64,000 nucleotides of DNA. Source: Octopus sinensis (Eukaryota). This document shows, one piece after another, positions 26,406-39,720 of the stretch. The stretch spans positions 109,058,001 to 109,122,000 of the forward strand of contig NC_043000.1 of NCBI RefSeq assembly GCF_006345805.1. The letters run 5' to 3'. The notes under the pieces are model-generated. The model was not told the origin of the DNA. It saw only the letters and a list, made by a program, of their open reading frames with translations, and did no database searches. Position 1 is the stretch's first letter; each line of letters opens with the position of its first letter. The position numbers and the translations under genes are program-made.

Positions 26406-26639
26406 ATATATATATATATATATTATATATATATATATATATATATTTGTATGTGTATATATATATATATACATATATGTAAGTATATATATGTATATAT
26501 ATGTATATATAAGTTCAGCAAAAATATAGATTCGAATGAATATGGTACTTAACTTAGATGCACCAGAATTTTGTATGGTGTTATCCATAGAAATTTTCGG
26601 GGTGATTATAATCAAAATAAGCAACAAGAATGACTCCGG

Positions 26640-26732
26640 TAATTTGGTACAATTATTTCGCACTACATCATTTTATTAAAAGTTGTAAGTATTACAACAG
26701 ATTTAAGATGCTAGGGGCTCATCAGCCAATTA
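26640..26732 (-). ncRNA. Mirror hammerhead copy with weakened stems II and III
   Basis: Same motif, but the stem II 5' strand is GCCCC (vs GCACT) and GAAAT replaces GAAAC. Confidence 0.6.
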
Positions 26733-27453
26733 AATAGGTTTTCCATTAATATAAAAGCTTTCAAATCAAGTAGCAACATTATAGAGAAGGTAAATATACA
26801 GACAAAAATGTAGATTTAAAATTTAAGAACATATGAGGTAGTGAAGTCCAACCACTGACTGACCCAGCTATGACTGTATTTAACTGCTATAAGGTTAGAA
26901 GTAATAAAGATTTTTGAGTTGTAGGAATGGGGCAAAGGAGGTTTCAGAATACCAGAAAAGGAATTCATGTTGAAGACAGTAGTTGCCACTAACAAAATGC
27001 CAATTACTGCTATTTTGTGAGAGAAACTAGGTCAATGTCAAATGGTCATTAATAAGGCTCTCCCCCAGTTATAAAATACTATGCCTACTCATAATAATAA
27101 GTGATAGGTTTTCCCTACTCTCTTTAAAGGGGATTAATGACCATTTGACATTGACCTAGTTTCTCTCACCAAATAGCAGTAATTGGCATTTTGTTAGTGA
27201 CAACTACTGTCTTCAACTTGAATTCCTTTTATGGTATTCTGAAACCCCCTTTACCCCATTCCTACAACTCAAAAATCTTTATTACTTCTAACCTTATAGC
27301 AGTTAAATACAGTCATAGCTGGGTCAGTCAGTGGTTGGACTTCACTACCTCATATGTTCTTAAAATTTAGATCTACATCGTTGTCTGTATATCTACCTTC
27401 TCTATAATGTTGCTACTTGATTTGAAAGCTTTTATATTAATGGAAAACCTATT

Positions 27454-27546
27454 TAATTGGCTGATGAGCACTCAGCATCTTAAATCTGTTGTAATACTTA
27501 CAACTTTTAATAAAATGATGTAGTGCGAAACAATTGTACCAAATTA
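27454..27546 (+). ncRNA. Type I hammerhead ribozyme with long stem II extension, predicted GUA cleavage after 27538
   Basis: TAATTGG-CTGATGA-GCACT…(49 nt)…AGTGC-GAAA-C(AATT)G-TA-CCAAATTA. Stem I has 7 bp with one bulge, stem II 5 bp, stem III is the palindrome ACAATTGT. Confidence 0.85.
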
Positions 27547-27574
27547 CCGGAGTCATTCTTGTTGCTTATTTTGA

Positions 27575-27630
<56 letters not shown>

Positions 27631-27808
27631 TCTACAGATATATATATATATATACGTATACATATAAATAAATACACGCACACACATATATATATATATA
27701 TATAAATATATAGATATATATGTCAGTATGTACATATATGTATGTATACGTGCATATATATGTATATATTATTGTATCTAAATATATATATATTATATAT
27801 ATATATAT

Positions 27809-27924
<116 letters not shown>

Positions 27925-27925
27925 G

Positions 27926-28780
27926 CAGGGTGCGGTGAATAAACTGTCGTCTAAATTACACAAAAATGAAAATAGCACTGACATCTCGTTTTAACAGATA
28001 TATTTACCAAAATTACATAAAAATATCTTGAAATACCAAAGAGTAAATTTATTCAATAAAATCGCCATTGACTTCATCCACAGCCTCCAGACGACTTCGG
28101 AATCTTCTGCAACTCTTCTGGACGGTCTCCTTGCTTAAGTGGGTGAATGCTGCCATAACTCCTTGCCTTCAGTTCATCTTTGGTACTACAAGAAATTTTG
28201 TTGGTCTCCCGCTCAACTGCACCCGACACATAATAATCAAGGGGGTTGCAGTCTGGAGAGTTAGGTGACCAGATGTTAGGGGTGATGTGGTCGTAGAAAT
28301 TGTCTGACATCCATGACTGAGTTCTCCTGCTTGTGTAATATGGTGCAGAGCCCTGTTGCCAGACATAGGGTCTTCCAGCAGCCATCCTCTTGACCCAGGG
28401 CAGCACTACCTCCTCGAGGCACTTGATGTAGGCCTATGAGTGTGAGGCCGTGTGGGAAGATGAATGGAGGTATAACGTCGCCATCAGTAGTGGTCACCGC
28501 AAACACCATGATGTTGAGTGGATGTTTGATTTTTATCACTCTCGGTACATGTCCTCAGATTGACACCCAAACACTTGGAGCTTCTCGCGCGAATGCCAAG
28601 CAGTACAACATGTCATTTCCAAAATTTCTGGCAGAGTAAATTGCGTCATGGTACTGTTTTTCTCACAGATGGTGCCCGACAGACCCTGCTATACTGTGTT
28701 GTTGACAAAAGCAAAAACAAACAATGTGCTTGCCCAAAATAAAAAATATAAAACGATGACAATTTAACCATCACATCCTG
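27926..28780 (-). mobile_element. Internally deleted Tc1/mariner-superfamily element (maT/DD37D-like)
   Basis: KHPLNIMVFAV..DGDVIPPFIFPHGL; WQQGSAPYYTSRRTQ..WSPNSPDCNPLDYY. Termini CAGGGTG… and …CATCCTG|TA are degenerate TIRs. Confidence 0.8.
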
Positions 28781-28783
28781 TAT

Positions 28784-28815
<32 letters not shown>

Positions 28816-28927
28816 GTGTGTGTGTGTGTGTATGTATATACATATGTGTGCGTATGTATATATTTATATATATATATACACATATATACATACAAGCATA
28901 CATACATGCATACATACATACATACAC

Positions 28928-29030
<103 letters not shown>

Positions 29031-30732
29031 GCAAATAACTTAATATCTGCTCCGAACTACACCGACACACAGACACCTACTAAGGCAATATGGCGTATGC
29101 GGGTGTTGTATATTTTGTTATTTCAAATATGTTTACTTATCTGTTTCTTTTGCATAAACATCCTGGCAACACAAAAAATTCAGACATATTAGTAACGTTA
29201 TGAATGAAAAAGAGAGGCATTAAAGACAACAGCCGAACGATAGGGTTTCTCGATCGAATGACCGCATTTCCATTTTCACAGCTGGACTAAAATAACTCCA
29301 ACGTCTTATTCACTACACACACACATACGCTTAATCTATTTCTTACTTTCCTACACTCGTCACAATGTTTATCAACATATAAGTTTCTTTAGATAGATCA
29401 TAGTTCTTGAAATTTCAACAGGAAAATGAAAAATTTCAATTGGGGTAAAAATAAAGTTTTGGCATTTGTGTTGTTTTCCCGTTTAGTTTTAGAAATGAAA
29501 TTGAATAAAAATACTTTTCAGATGAAAAACTGAAACCCTGTCGCAGATTCAACCTTTCTTCAATTAATCTATTTCTTGCCCTACCGTTTTCACCCCAAAG
29601 AGAGGCAAAATAACAGGCAATCCTGTGACAGCAGCGGCAGCAGCAGCCATAATAGTAGCAGTAGAGATGCCTCTGCGTCCCATCCGCTCAATGTTAATGT
29701 GCGTGTGTGTGTGTATATATATATATATATATTATATATATATATATTATATATATATATATATATATATCTATATATATATATATATTATAATGATTCT
29801 GCTTGTCATTGCGTTACTCAGCCTGTCGGTGACGCTTTCACGTGATTAGAAAAGGAGAGGGAGAAAGAAAAGAAGACATAAACAGACGGAGAGAGAAAAA
29901 GAGGGAGAGAGAGGCGTCCATGTTGCGAGGTAATATTTATTATGTGATTAAAAAAGTTATTTGAAGGTAGTGATATAGAAGAGGAGAGTTATAAATACAA
30001 TTTTAGTAGAGGGCTGATGCTTTTATGATGAGGTTAAATGCAGAGGGAGAGAGAGAGGCAGAGAGAAATGAAGGAGAGAGAGAGATGATGATTGTGGTGG
30101 TGGTGGTGGTGGTAGTGATGGTGGTGATGGTGGTGGTGAGATGGCGGTAGTGAATGAATAGTGAAAAGTGAACTTAGTTTTTTATATCATCTATCACTTA
30201 ACGCATGCGTATAAGAGCAATTCCGTGAAACATTCACGTTTATTTATATATGTGCAATTTAACTAAAAGTTGTATCATATGTACGGCGATATTTTTTTGA
30301 CGTGTGACGAAAGATTTCTGGACAATGGACATGAGTTAGAATAAGAACAGAAATAAACGAGTGCAGAATAAATATATAGTGCGTGTGTTTATTGAACAAA
30401 AATTTAAAAAAAATGACCGTCCCGAAATACAATGATATGTTTTTTTGTTTATGGGGAAAATAACAATATTTATTTTATGATTGCTGCGTATTAAGTTTAT
30501 AAGATTGTGCATAAATTATATAAAGAACATTAACTGACCAACGCATTCCATTATCTTACATTTCCAATGAGTTACAGATGAGCGACTGTTTTCCCACACA
30601 GATGCAACACAGGCTACGCTTTGAGGATTTGGGGATAACGTTTTCAGACAATAAGTTTACCATTAATTCCGTAAAATATTCCCGGGTCCCGCTACTATAT
30701 ATAAATATAGCGGGAAACAACTGGAAATTATA

Positions 30733-30766
<34 letters not shown>

Positions 30767-30768
<2 letters not shown>

Positions 30769-31334
30769 AATAAGCAACAGAATATCAAGTAGTAATGCAG
30801 TACGACTGTCTCAAACGGCTCCATTTAATTGAACAATATAATCATTACATCAATTTAAATACAGGGCTATCGTCAGCTGAACAAAATACAGAGTTTTTTT
30901 AACAAGTAGGACACATTGATATAATTTTTCTTAAATATTTTAACAGCCACGAGCTGTCAACTCACTCCGGTTCTTTATTCAAAATAGACACAGTCTTCTA
31001 GTCTCAGATTTAATAGATGATAAAGAGACAAATAAATTAGAAATGAATTACAACCCTTATAATTCTATGACCCAACTATGCTCCATGCGATTCTAAGAAA
31101 TTGTAGTCTATTCTTAGCCACTCTGCTACAATAGCGATAACATGAATTTCCTCAATCTTCGTACTCCGTTAAAATATTTCAGAAAAATTATATTAATGTG
31201 TCCTACTTGTTAAGAACTTCGATATACTGTGCAGCTGAAGATAGTACTGCATTTAAATTGATGTAATTGTTCATGTAAATGGAGTCGCTTGAAACGGTCG
31301 CGCTGTATTATTACTTGATATCCTGTTGCTTATT
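30767..31334. repeat. Older inverted repeat (30767-30944 / 31168-31334, roughly 80% identity) with degenerate HHRs
   Basis: Arms align in reverse complement (AATAAGCAACAG.ATATCAAGTA…AACAAGTAGGACACATT.ATATAATTTTTCT.AAATATTTTAAC). Cores CTGACGA (30870-30876, -) and CTGAAGA (31235-31241, +). Confidence 0.85.
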
Positions 31335-31420
31335 TTTATTTTATTCACCTTACTTCGAGTAGTGCGGATAATACCGGATTGACTTGGTGCTTCACCTTAA
31401 GTACCGGCGCTGAGGGTGTA

Positions 31421-32308
31421 CACAAGGGGCATTCCAGAAGCCTTGAGACTTTTTCAGGAGAGACAATTATTAATTCCAAAGAAGTACAAACTCTAATCGC
31501 CTTCAAAGTCGGATCCTCTCTCTTCTATGCAATTGTGGTAACGCTCTAACCACTTTGTGAAGGTTCCAAAGTCTCAAATAGGTCCCAAGTCTTCGTGAAG
31601 CTCTCCAGTCTCCAAAGTAAAGGTGTCCAGAATACTTGTTACAGCTTCCTTCTTCATCTTCTCAATGTCATTAAAACGACTTCTCCTGAGGTCTTCCTTC
31701 TGCTTGAGGACTGCAGGGGGGTGGGGAGTTTTGATTCTCATCGCTGTCAAGTAGTTGGTTACCAAGATGGGATTTTGGACTGGTTCATTGTCTTGGTACA
31801 GGTACACTGACTGTTTGCGACTAAATCTCTTCCTAAACTCCCTCAAAATCTTCTTTGTAGAGCGTCAGGCCAGAGAGTGCCCAATGGATGTAGATGATGA
31901 CCTTGTCGCCGCAAAAGGGGTTTATCATGAACTTCCCGCTGAATTTGTTTGGCCTGGCCTTCTCTGTCAGCGTAAATTAGATGCTCAGCTAATACAAGTT
32001 CATGCACGACCAGTCTGGAGCAGTTCATAAGTTTCTGTAACGTTTTTCTCTGCTTATTGCAAAGCGAGCTTCTAAGTTCTTTTCAATACCGACTGCGTTC
32101 TTCAAAGGAGCCAGCTGTAAAAAGCAGTGTTTAGTATGGTATGGTCAAAGTGCTGTTAGACACCGTCTTCCTCAAGCTGGGAAACCAAAAGTTTGGCAGG
32201 TCAGCTTATTCGATGTATAGCAATGCAATACCGAATTTACAATAGTGTCTACGGTAGTTATAAGTGCCTTTCTGGAAAAAGACTCAAAGCTTCAGAGACA
32301 CATCTGGT
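31421..32308 (-). mobile_element. Decayed mariner (DD34D-like) element
   Basis: KARPNKFSGKFMI..IIYIHW; REFRKRF..LYQDNEPV..YL..IKTPHPP..RRSRFNDIE. Left terminus TA-CACAAGGGGCATTCCAGAAG with a degenerate mirror near 32280-32305. Confidence 0.75.
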
Positions 32309-32879
32309 GTGCGCGCAAGCGTGTGTGTAGTCATGCATACAGTCATACATGCATGCGTATGTGCGTACGTTTGTATGTAAATATATTCACACACACATAA
32401 ATACCAATGTGTGGATGTTTACACGCGCGCGTATGTGTATGTTGCGCGTGAGAGTGTGTGCATTATTTCTGTGTAGATTGGCAAGATGTATTTGTGTATA
32501 AATTGAGACAAAGAAGTGAGTCTAATTTGAGAGGAAGACAGAAAAGAAAGAAAACAATAAAAGAAAGAAAGCAACAAAGAATAAAGGAAAGAAAGAAGAA
32601 GGAAAGAAGAGAGCCAACCAGTTTCGGGAGAATGCATTTTTTTTTAATGAATGATGGACTAATTATATAAGAGGAACTCTTGATGAATATATATATATTA
32701 ATAGCTTCCCAGTTATTTTTTTTGGGGGGGGAGAGGCAGGAGCGGGGGACGCATTCATTGCATTCACACACACACACATACGCATGCGCGTGTATAATTA
32801 TATATATATATACAGATATACATAAACACTCACACATATATACATATATATATACATGTATATATGCATACATGTATAT

Positions 32880-32965
<86 letters not shown>

Positions 32966-32993
32966 TTTGTGTATATATATATATACAAATGGT

Positions 32994-33049
<56 letters not shown>

Positions 33050-33067
33050 TATATACATGTATATATG

Positions 33068-33126
<59 letters not shown>

Positions 33127-33751
33127 CATACATACACATACAAAATGGATACGTAACTGCTTATGTATCCATATACATGCACACACACTCACACGCAAAC
33201 ATAGTCTGTTGACTGACGTCACTTGTAACTTGGTTCGACGTGCTTTTCTTTACTTAAGGAGAAAATTTTTCTCAAAGTAAAATATCTTAGCGAATGCATT
33301 TTGCGTTTACGTTTAGCTTACAGAACGTGTTACAAATAAATGTATACAACCATATCTTGTTCCTCGCTGCTTAGTGTATTTATACTAGATTCCAGTAAAC
33401 ATTTCAATAAACGTATTTAAATCAAACTAATGCTTGCTGCTTTCTATATATAGGAACAACTAAAGTTATGGCATAATTTCAAATCACTATGCTGTGTATC
33501 TGCTACTGAAGAGGCAAATTTACACCAAAACACCTTCGATGGTGGTCTGCTAAAATGTTTTAGAATGCTCGGCTGGATATGTTTTTCCCTACAATGCCTA
33601 GAGCAGAAAACATTTTTGTCTCCATGACCAAGTTCACCAGCGAGTGTAGTGAATGTTTTGTACAATTTAGTGTGTTAAAGATAAGCGTATGCATCTTCCT
33701 TTTGATCCTCGTCCTCTCGTGCATACGTTTATGATATATATATATATAGAC

Positions 33752-33898
<147 letters not shown>

Positions 33899-34093
33899 TA
33901 AGTGCGGTAAGAAATTTGCTTCCCAACCACTTGGATCTGGGCTCAGTCCCGCTGTGTGGCACATAGTATAGCCTCTGTCCGACCAAAGTGTTGTCAGTTG
34001 TTTGATAGGAGGAAACTGAAAGAAGCCTGTCTTGAATGCGTGTGTATGTATATGTGTGCGTTCGTGTATATGTACATATATCTACGTCGCATA

Positions 34094-34164
<71 letters not shown>

Positions 34165-34498
34165 ATTACTGCAGAGCTTAATGACCACCTCGAGAACCCA
34201 GTTTCCACAGAAACTGTTCGCCGGCAGCTCCACAAAGCCGGATTTCACGGGAGGGCTGCAATAAAAAAGCCACTACTTTCAAAAACAAACGTTGCAAAGA
34301 GTTTAGAGTGGAGTAAAAAGTACAGGATCAGTCCCTAGAGCAGTGGCAGAATGTTATTTTCTCGGACGAGTCATTCTTTACCTTATTTCCGACCACCAGC
34401 CGAGTATATGTATGGAGACAGCCAAATGAAGCGTTTGATCCACACTGCCTTCTTCCAACTGTTGAACATGGAGGAGGATCTGTGATGATCTGGGGTGG
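34165..34498 (+). mobile_element. Tc1-like transposase fragment
   Basis: TAELNDHLENPVSTETVRRQLHKAGFHGRAAIKKPLLS..; after a frameshift NVIFSDESF..RVYVWRQPNEAFDPHCLLPTVEHGGGSVMIWG. Confidence 0.9.
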
Positions 34499-34648
34499 GA
34501 GGGTATATCTTTGAAATCCGTTGGCACAGTGGTTTCCCTTCATGGCCGCAGTCAAATGACTGAAACAAGTAAAAGAGTAAAAGAGTAAAAAAAGTATATA
34601 TAAATGTATGTATAAGTACAAACATATATACATTGTATGTATATATAT

Positions 34649-34680
<32 letters not shown>

Positions 34681-34851
34681 ATATATATATATCTATATAA
34701 TAAATATAAGAGAGTGGTCACTATATGGCTCACTCTAGCACCAGTTAATCCAAAAGGTTTCAACCACAAAAATACATGTTTCCCATGAAAGTCAGTACGA
34801 TTGTTAGCTCACACGGACAGGGCAAATAAAAAATAACAAAAATACAGATTA

Positions 34852-34933
34852 TTTTGGGACAATTGTTTCGCTATTAATGAATTAAATGTAATTTTACTTA
34901 CAAAAAAATCTACTTGTAGCTCGTCAGCCAAAA
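34852..34933 (-). ncRNA. Type I hammerhead ribozyme, apparently intact, predicted GUC cleavage between 34858 and 34857
   Basis: Minus strand: TTTTGG-CTGACGA-GCTA…(43 nt)…TAGC-GAAA-C(AATT)G-TC-CCAAAA. Perfect 6-bp stem I, 4-bp stem II, palindromic stem III. Confidence 0.87.
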
Positions 34934-35131
34934 CTATCTGGATGAAATCCACCCAATCACACGCCAGATTTTACCATAACGATAAATACGCGTGTGGTTC
35001 AATTGATTACATCCGACGTTATAATTCAAATGCCCCAACTAACAGCGCGCCAAACTTTCACGGAAAACAAAGACTGCATTTTAGAAAAAATAAATGTAGC
35101 ATAATTATAATTAATTAATAATAATATATAT

Positions 35132-35168
<37 letters not shown>

Positions 35169-36231
35169 TATAATATATGCACGTGTAAGGAGTATGCATA
35201 TGTGTATTTTTGCGTATTTGTGCGTTCAGTGTGGTTAAGAAAGACCAACCCTTACAGAAAATCCGGTGGATAGGATTCTTAAAGCAGATATGCACAGTTG
35301 TACTTAATATCTGGAATCGTCTGCGGCTCCGTGGATGCTTCGAACCTATGTTATGTTCCCTTCGAGGTGTGTCCATAAGTAGAGACTTTACTTGATATTA
35401 GGCTACAGGAAACACTCTAAGGACGGCAGATGTGGTTAAACGACTGCCTCTGCAACACCGTCGACCAACGACAGAAAAAAACCCAAATAGTTCAGAATTT
35501 TTAAACAATAGTGTAAACAATTCCTTATTTTCATTTGTTTCCTTATATGAAATCCTTTGTTATTAGACTTATTTTTTGTCCTTTTTTCTTGTAACATAAC
35601 ACTATTTCAGCAGGGAATGTTTTCTATTTGGTTGAATTGCAACACTCTGAAAATTTAAAAAAAGTTTTACTCGCTGATATTTTCAGACATGTCAGAGAAT
35701 GTTATGACTTTGCTAAATTCCAGTGATTAATTTTGATTCTGTGTTGTATTAAATACGAAATTATAGCGTCAACCTCGACCGACAAATTTATGAGAGCCTG
35801 AAATCGAGATTAAATAGCAGATGCATCATAGTGTCCTACTCAACAACAATAGAACGAATGAGCTGACGTTTGGCCTTTGTTGTGACTGAACAAGTTGGAC
35901 AGGGTCGTTGAGTAGCTTCAGTTTAATAAGCCTTCATGTACGTCATTACCTCAAATGGTTTTATGCTTTCCTCTCTTTCGCGCTCTCTCTCACACAGATT
36001 ATTATTATTTGACATAGCTCCGCATACTCCTACTGAACAAAAAAAAATGCAATTTATCAACGATCATATAAAGACCGAAGAAACCCAAGTCCGATGAACG
36101 CTGGCAAACAGAAACGTTCAAGTCAACGTCAGCTCTCTTCTTGTAAAAGTTCAGTTTACATACATTACATACATTCATACATACATGCACATTCTAACAT
36201 GCATACACACACACACACATACATACATACA

Positions 36232-36266
<35 letters not shown>

Positions 36267-36277
36267 GTATATATATG

Positions 36278-36320
<43 letters not shown>

Positions 36321-36326
<6 letters not shown>

Positions 36327-37171
36327 TAATAAATAAAATATATGCATACATACATACATATATGTACGTACCTACATCTACATGTATATATACATGCATA
36401 TATAATTATATATACGTGAGTACAGGACACCACAACTAGACGTAGAACTCAACGAGAAACGAAAACGGAAAAACAAGCATGGAGCAAACCATTTTTTTTA
36501 CAACAGAAAAACAGAGTACAAGACAAACTACACAAGGAAAAATCTCCTTCATCAGCTGTCCCTAGTTCAACTCTAGCGTGTTTCGAAGGTAGGACAGAAC
36601 ACGACTCGTCAAACTAGCCCTTCCTGCGAGAGAATTAAAATAAAATTACTTCGCAGAGGGATAAAAACAAAGAAAGAAAAAATGTAACACAAACAGGGCA
36701 TAAAAACGATACAAATAAAAATACAAAATAAAATACAAGATAAAAATACATGAACAAGAAAATACAATACGAGAAATAAAAAATAAACAAGAAAACAAAC
36801 GAAAAAGCCTTTTTCTGGCTTAGACGGAGAAGATTCTGGCGAGCGCAAGGGAAAAAAAGTGTGTTTACAGTTAGGAGGCCGAATGTAAAAAGGAAGTAGT
36901 TTTGGCTGGCAGTGACAAAGAGTTGAACTAGGGACAGCTGATGAAGGGGATTTTTCCTTGTGTAGTTTGTCTTGTACTCTGTTTTTCTGTTGTAAAAATA
37001 TGGTTTGTTCCATGCTTGTTTTTCCGTTTTCGTTTCTCGTTGAGTTCTACGTCTAGTTGTGGTGTCCTGTACTCACGTATATATATTTATATATGCATGT
37101 ATATATACATGTAGATGTAGGTACGTACATATATGTATGTATGTATGCATATATTTTATTTATTACACTAT
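36321..37171. repeat. Inverted repeat: ~254-bp arms (36321-36574 / 36919-37171), ~345-bp spacer
   Basis: Arms match in reverse complement with about 5 differences by eye. Confidence 0.93.
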
Positions 37172-37242
37172 TGTATGACAGCGCCCTCGCGTCGATTCGA
37201 TTCGATTCGTTCGTTTCGTTCCGTTCTTATTCTCCAAGTACT

Positions 37243-37306
<64 letters not shown>

Positions 37307-37559
37307 ATACACATGCATGTATATATGTATGTATATATATTTGCGTGTGTGTGAATGAATATGACGAAACTCTCTGGTTCATGTTTACATATGACTCTCC
37401 AGATCTTCGCCCCACCCCCTCGACGCTCTATTAGAGAATCCGAAATGTTTGACCATTTTACAGATATGCTCACCTTCCACATAATTCCTAAATAAGATCA
37501 GAATGACACAATCGATGGATCTTTGAGTTTCAGGTACCATCCAGCTCATTGATGTCTAT

Positions 37560-39720
37560 AGTTTTTGTCAAACCAAAATTTAATCGAAAGATTTGTGGAA
37601 ACTTGTGGTTATAGTAAAAACACTTGTCCAAGTTGCCAGGCATTAAGATCGAACTGAAACCTCATGATTGTACACAATGTCTGTGTATAACAAAACTAAA
37701 TGATTTAGCAATAATTGGGCTCTACAGTTTACCCCAAGCGCCGCAGCTGTGTTTCATAGAATGTCTCAGGAATGTCAAGCATTTCATTGAACAGTGCCAA
37801 TCTGGTAATATTTTAATAATGGATGGCTTTAATTTTCCCTGTGTCATCTGATCTACTCACTCCTTGAAGAAGATACATGTGAGTATTTCAACACCAGACG
37901 AAGCATCAGTGAAATCCCTTTTCTAATTCATGAACGAATTTTTCCTGTTTCTAATAATGTCAACGAGATTCATCAAAACAGACTGGACTTAGTGTTGCAT
38001 AACCACACTAACGCTATCCATAATATTACAGTGGTAAAAAAAGAAAACCGTCTTTCCAATTTCGATATGATACTCTGTAGTTTGAGATCCTGGCATCCAA
38101 AAATGATGCAGAATTATCTCGTTCCAGTCCATCCTTTTGGCTTCATGGATCTACACAACGCAAACGAGAAGACAATCACCCATGGTCTTTCACTTACTGA
38201 TAGGCCTTTCACTCCTTCTCTCACTCCAAGCTTCATCAATACATCCTGTAAGCTACTAGTGGAGATTTCCACAAGCATGTGTTCCCAAATCATTCTGATA
38301 TGGTCCATGAGCAATGCTAAACGCTGGCTCCAATAGAAGGGCACTTCAAAGAAAAATAAAAAGTATTAATCGAAAAATCAACGGGCGAAACTGCTTCCAG
38401 TTGCAGCACCTGCACGTGATAGATATAAAGTACTGGAATCAAAGTAACATTTTCCTGAAAGCTGCATGAAGGCTATCATTCATCGACAACCAAAAAACAG
38501 CAGAAGATAAATGGGCCAGTGAGAAAATAAAAGTCAATTTCGAAGTTTCCTTCTCATTCGTCAAAAAAAAAAAAGACATAAAGTCGCTATTTTCTCAATT
38601 GGGCATCAAAAAGATGACGATGGCATTCTGCATAGTGATGCAGAAGATATGGCTGAAATTCTACAATAACAATACTGCCCCACATTTCGCAATCTCAACG
38701 TGATTAACCTTGACAGCATCGGTGAAACAACCCCCAAGCACACCCTATCCGAAATATCATTTGATGCCTCAGAAATCGTAGCAGTTATTAACAAAATAAT
38801 AAAATTACAAATTTGTTAGCCGCAGGCCCTGACAAGTTCCCCGCCAGTCCTGAAGGAGAGATGGCATCAACAAGCATTCCCTTTTCTCTGGTAGAAGTCA
38901 CTGGATGCTAGCCATATTCCTGAAAATTTCCTGCCACAATTGAGTGTCCTAGTTTTCAAAAAGGGCCACAAATCGCTGGTAATGAAAACCGACCGATTTC
39001 ACTTCTCATATCATCAAATTATTTGAGATCTCAAATAACTCCCTTCCTGGAAAGTAACAGCCTACTTATTCCCAACCAGCATGGTTTCGACAATACTTAA
39101 CATAATATCCTAAAGGCTATGGTATGGGGCTTCATTGCAGATGCCATCTATCTTGACTTCTGTAAGGTCTTCGACGAGGCTGACTACAACATCACATTAC
39201 CGAAACTATCAAACAATGAAGTCTGAGGGAAACTATTAAAGTGGATTGAGTATTTTCTGGTGAACAGAACCCAGCTTGTGGTTGATAGTATGTGTTCGAT
39301 CCAACTCGGCAAGAGTCACCAGTGGAGTCCCACAAGGTACTGTATTGGGCCCAGTGCTCTGTATTATTTACATCAGTGACATCATTGACGTCATCAAACA
39401 CAGCTGCATTAGAATTTTCACTGACGACTCTAAACTTCTGAAGGCCGTCGACAGAGTAGGAGATCGGACTAATCTCCAATTGAACCAGCTCGCTGTTATT
39501 CGATGGGCAGAACAACACAATATGCAGCTAAGCTCGAATAAATTTTAATTAATCCACCTCGGTAAAGAGGCTGCACTTAAGCTATCATGCATTCTTCCTT
39601 CGAGCAAGATTTCGTACTATCAAACGCTTCTAGGGACTTTGGAGTAACCGTCGTCAGCAACGAGTACTTTTTTAAACTCCAGGAAATAAATATTCTGTCT
39701 GTGCCCTCATCTAAAACGTT
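37560..39720 (+). mobile_element. Decayed CR1-like LINE (APE endonuclease + RT)
   Basis: IIGLYSLP..NILIMDGFNFP; DLVL; AAGPDKFP; PNQHGF; ADAIYLDF; VTSGVPQGTVLGPVLCIIYISD..IRIFTDDSKL; many stops and frameshifts. Confidence 0.88.

Larger units (their letters stand above)
26607..27579. repeat. Inverted repeat: 447-bp arms (26607-27053 / 27133-27579), 79-bp spacer, one HHR per arm
   Basis: About 15 mismatches counted by eye (~97% identity); (TA)n tracts on both sides. Confidence 0.95.

Noticed and set aside
36540-36600. Permuted GAAAC…CTGATGA as a type II hammerhead
   Set aside because: Stems I and III do not pair around any NUH triplet.
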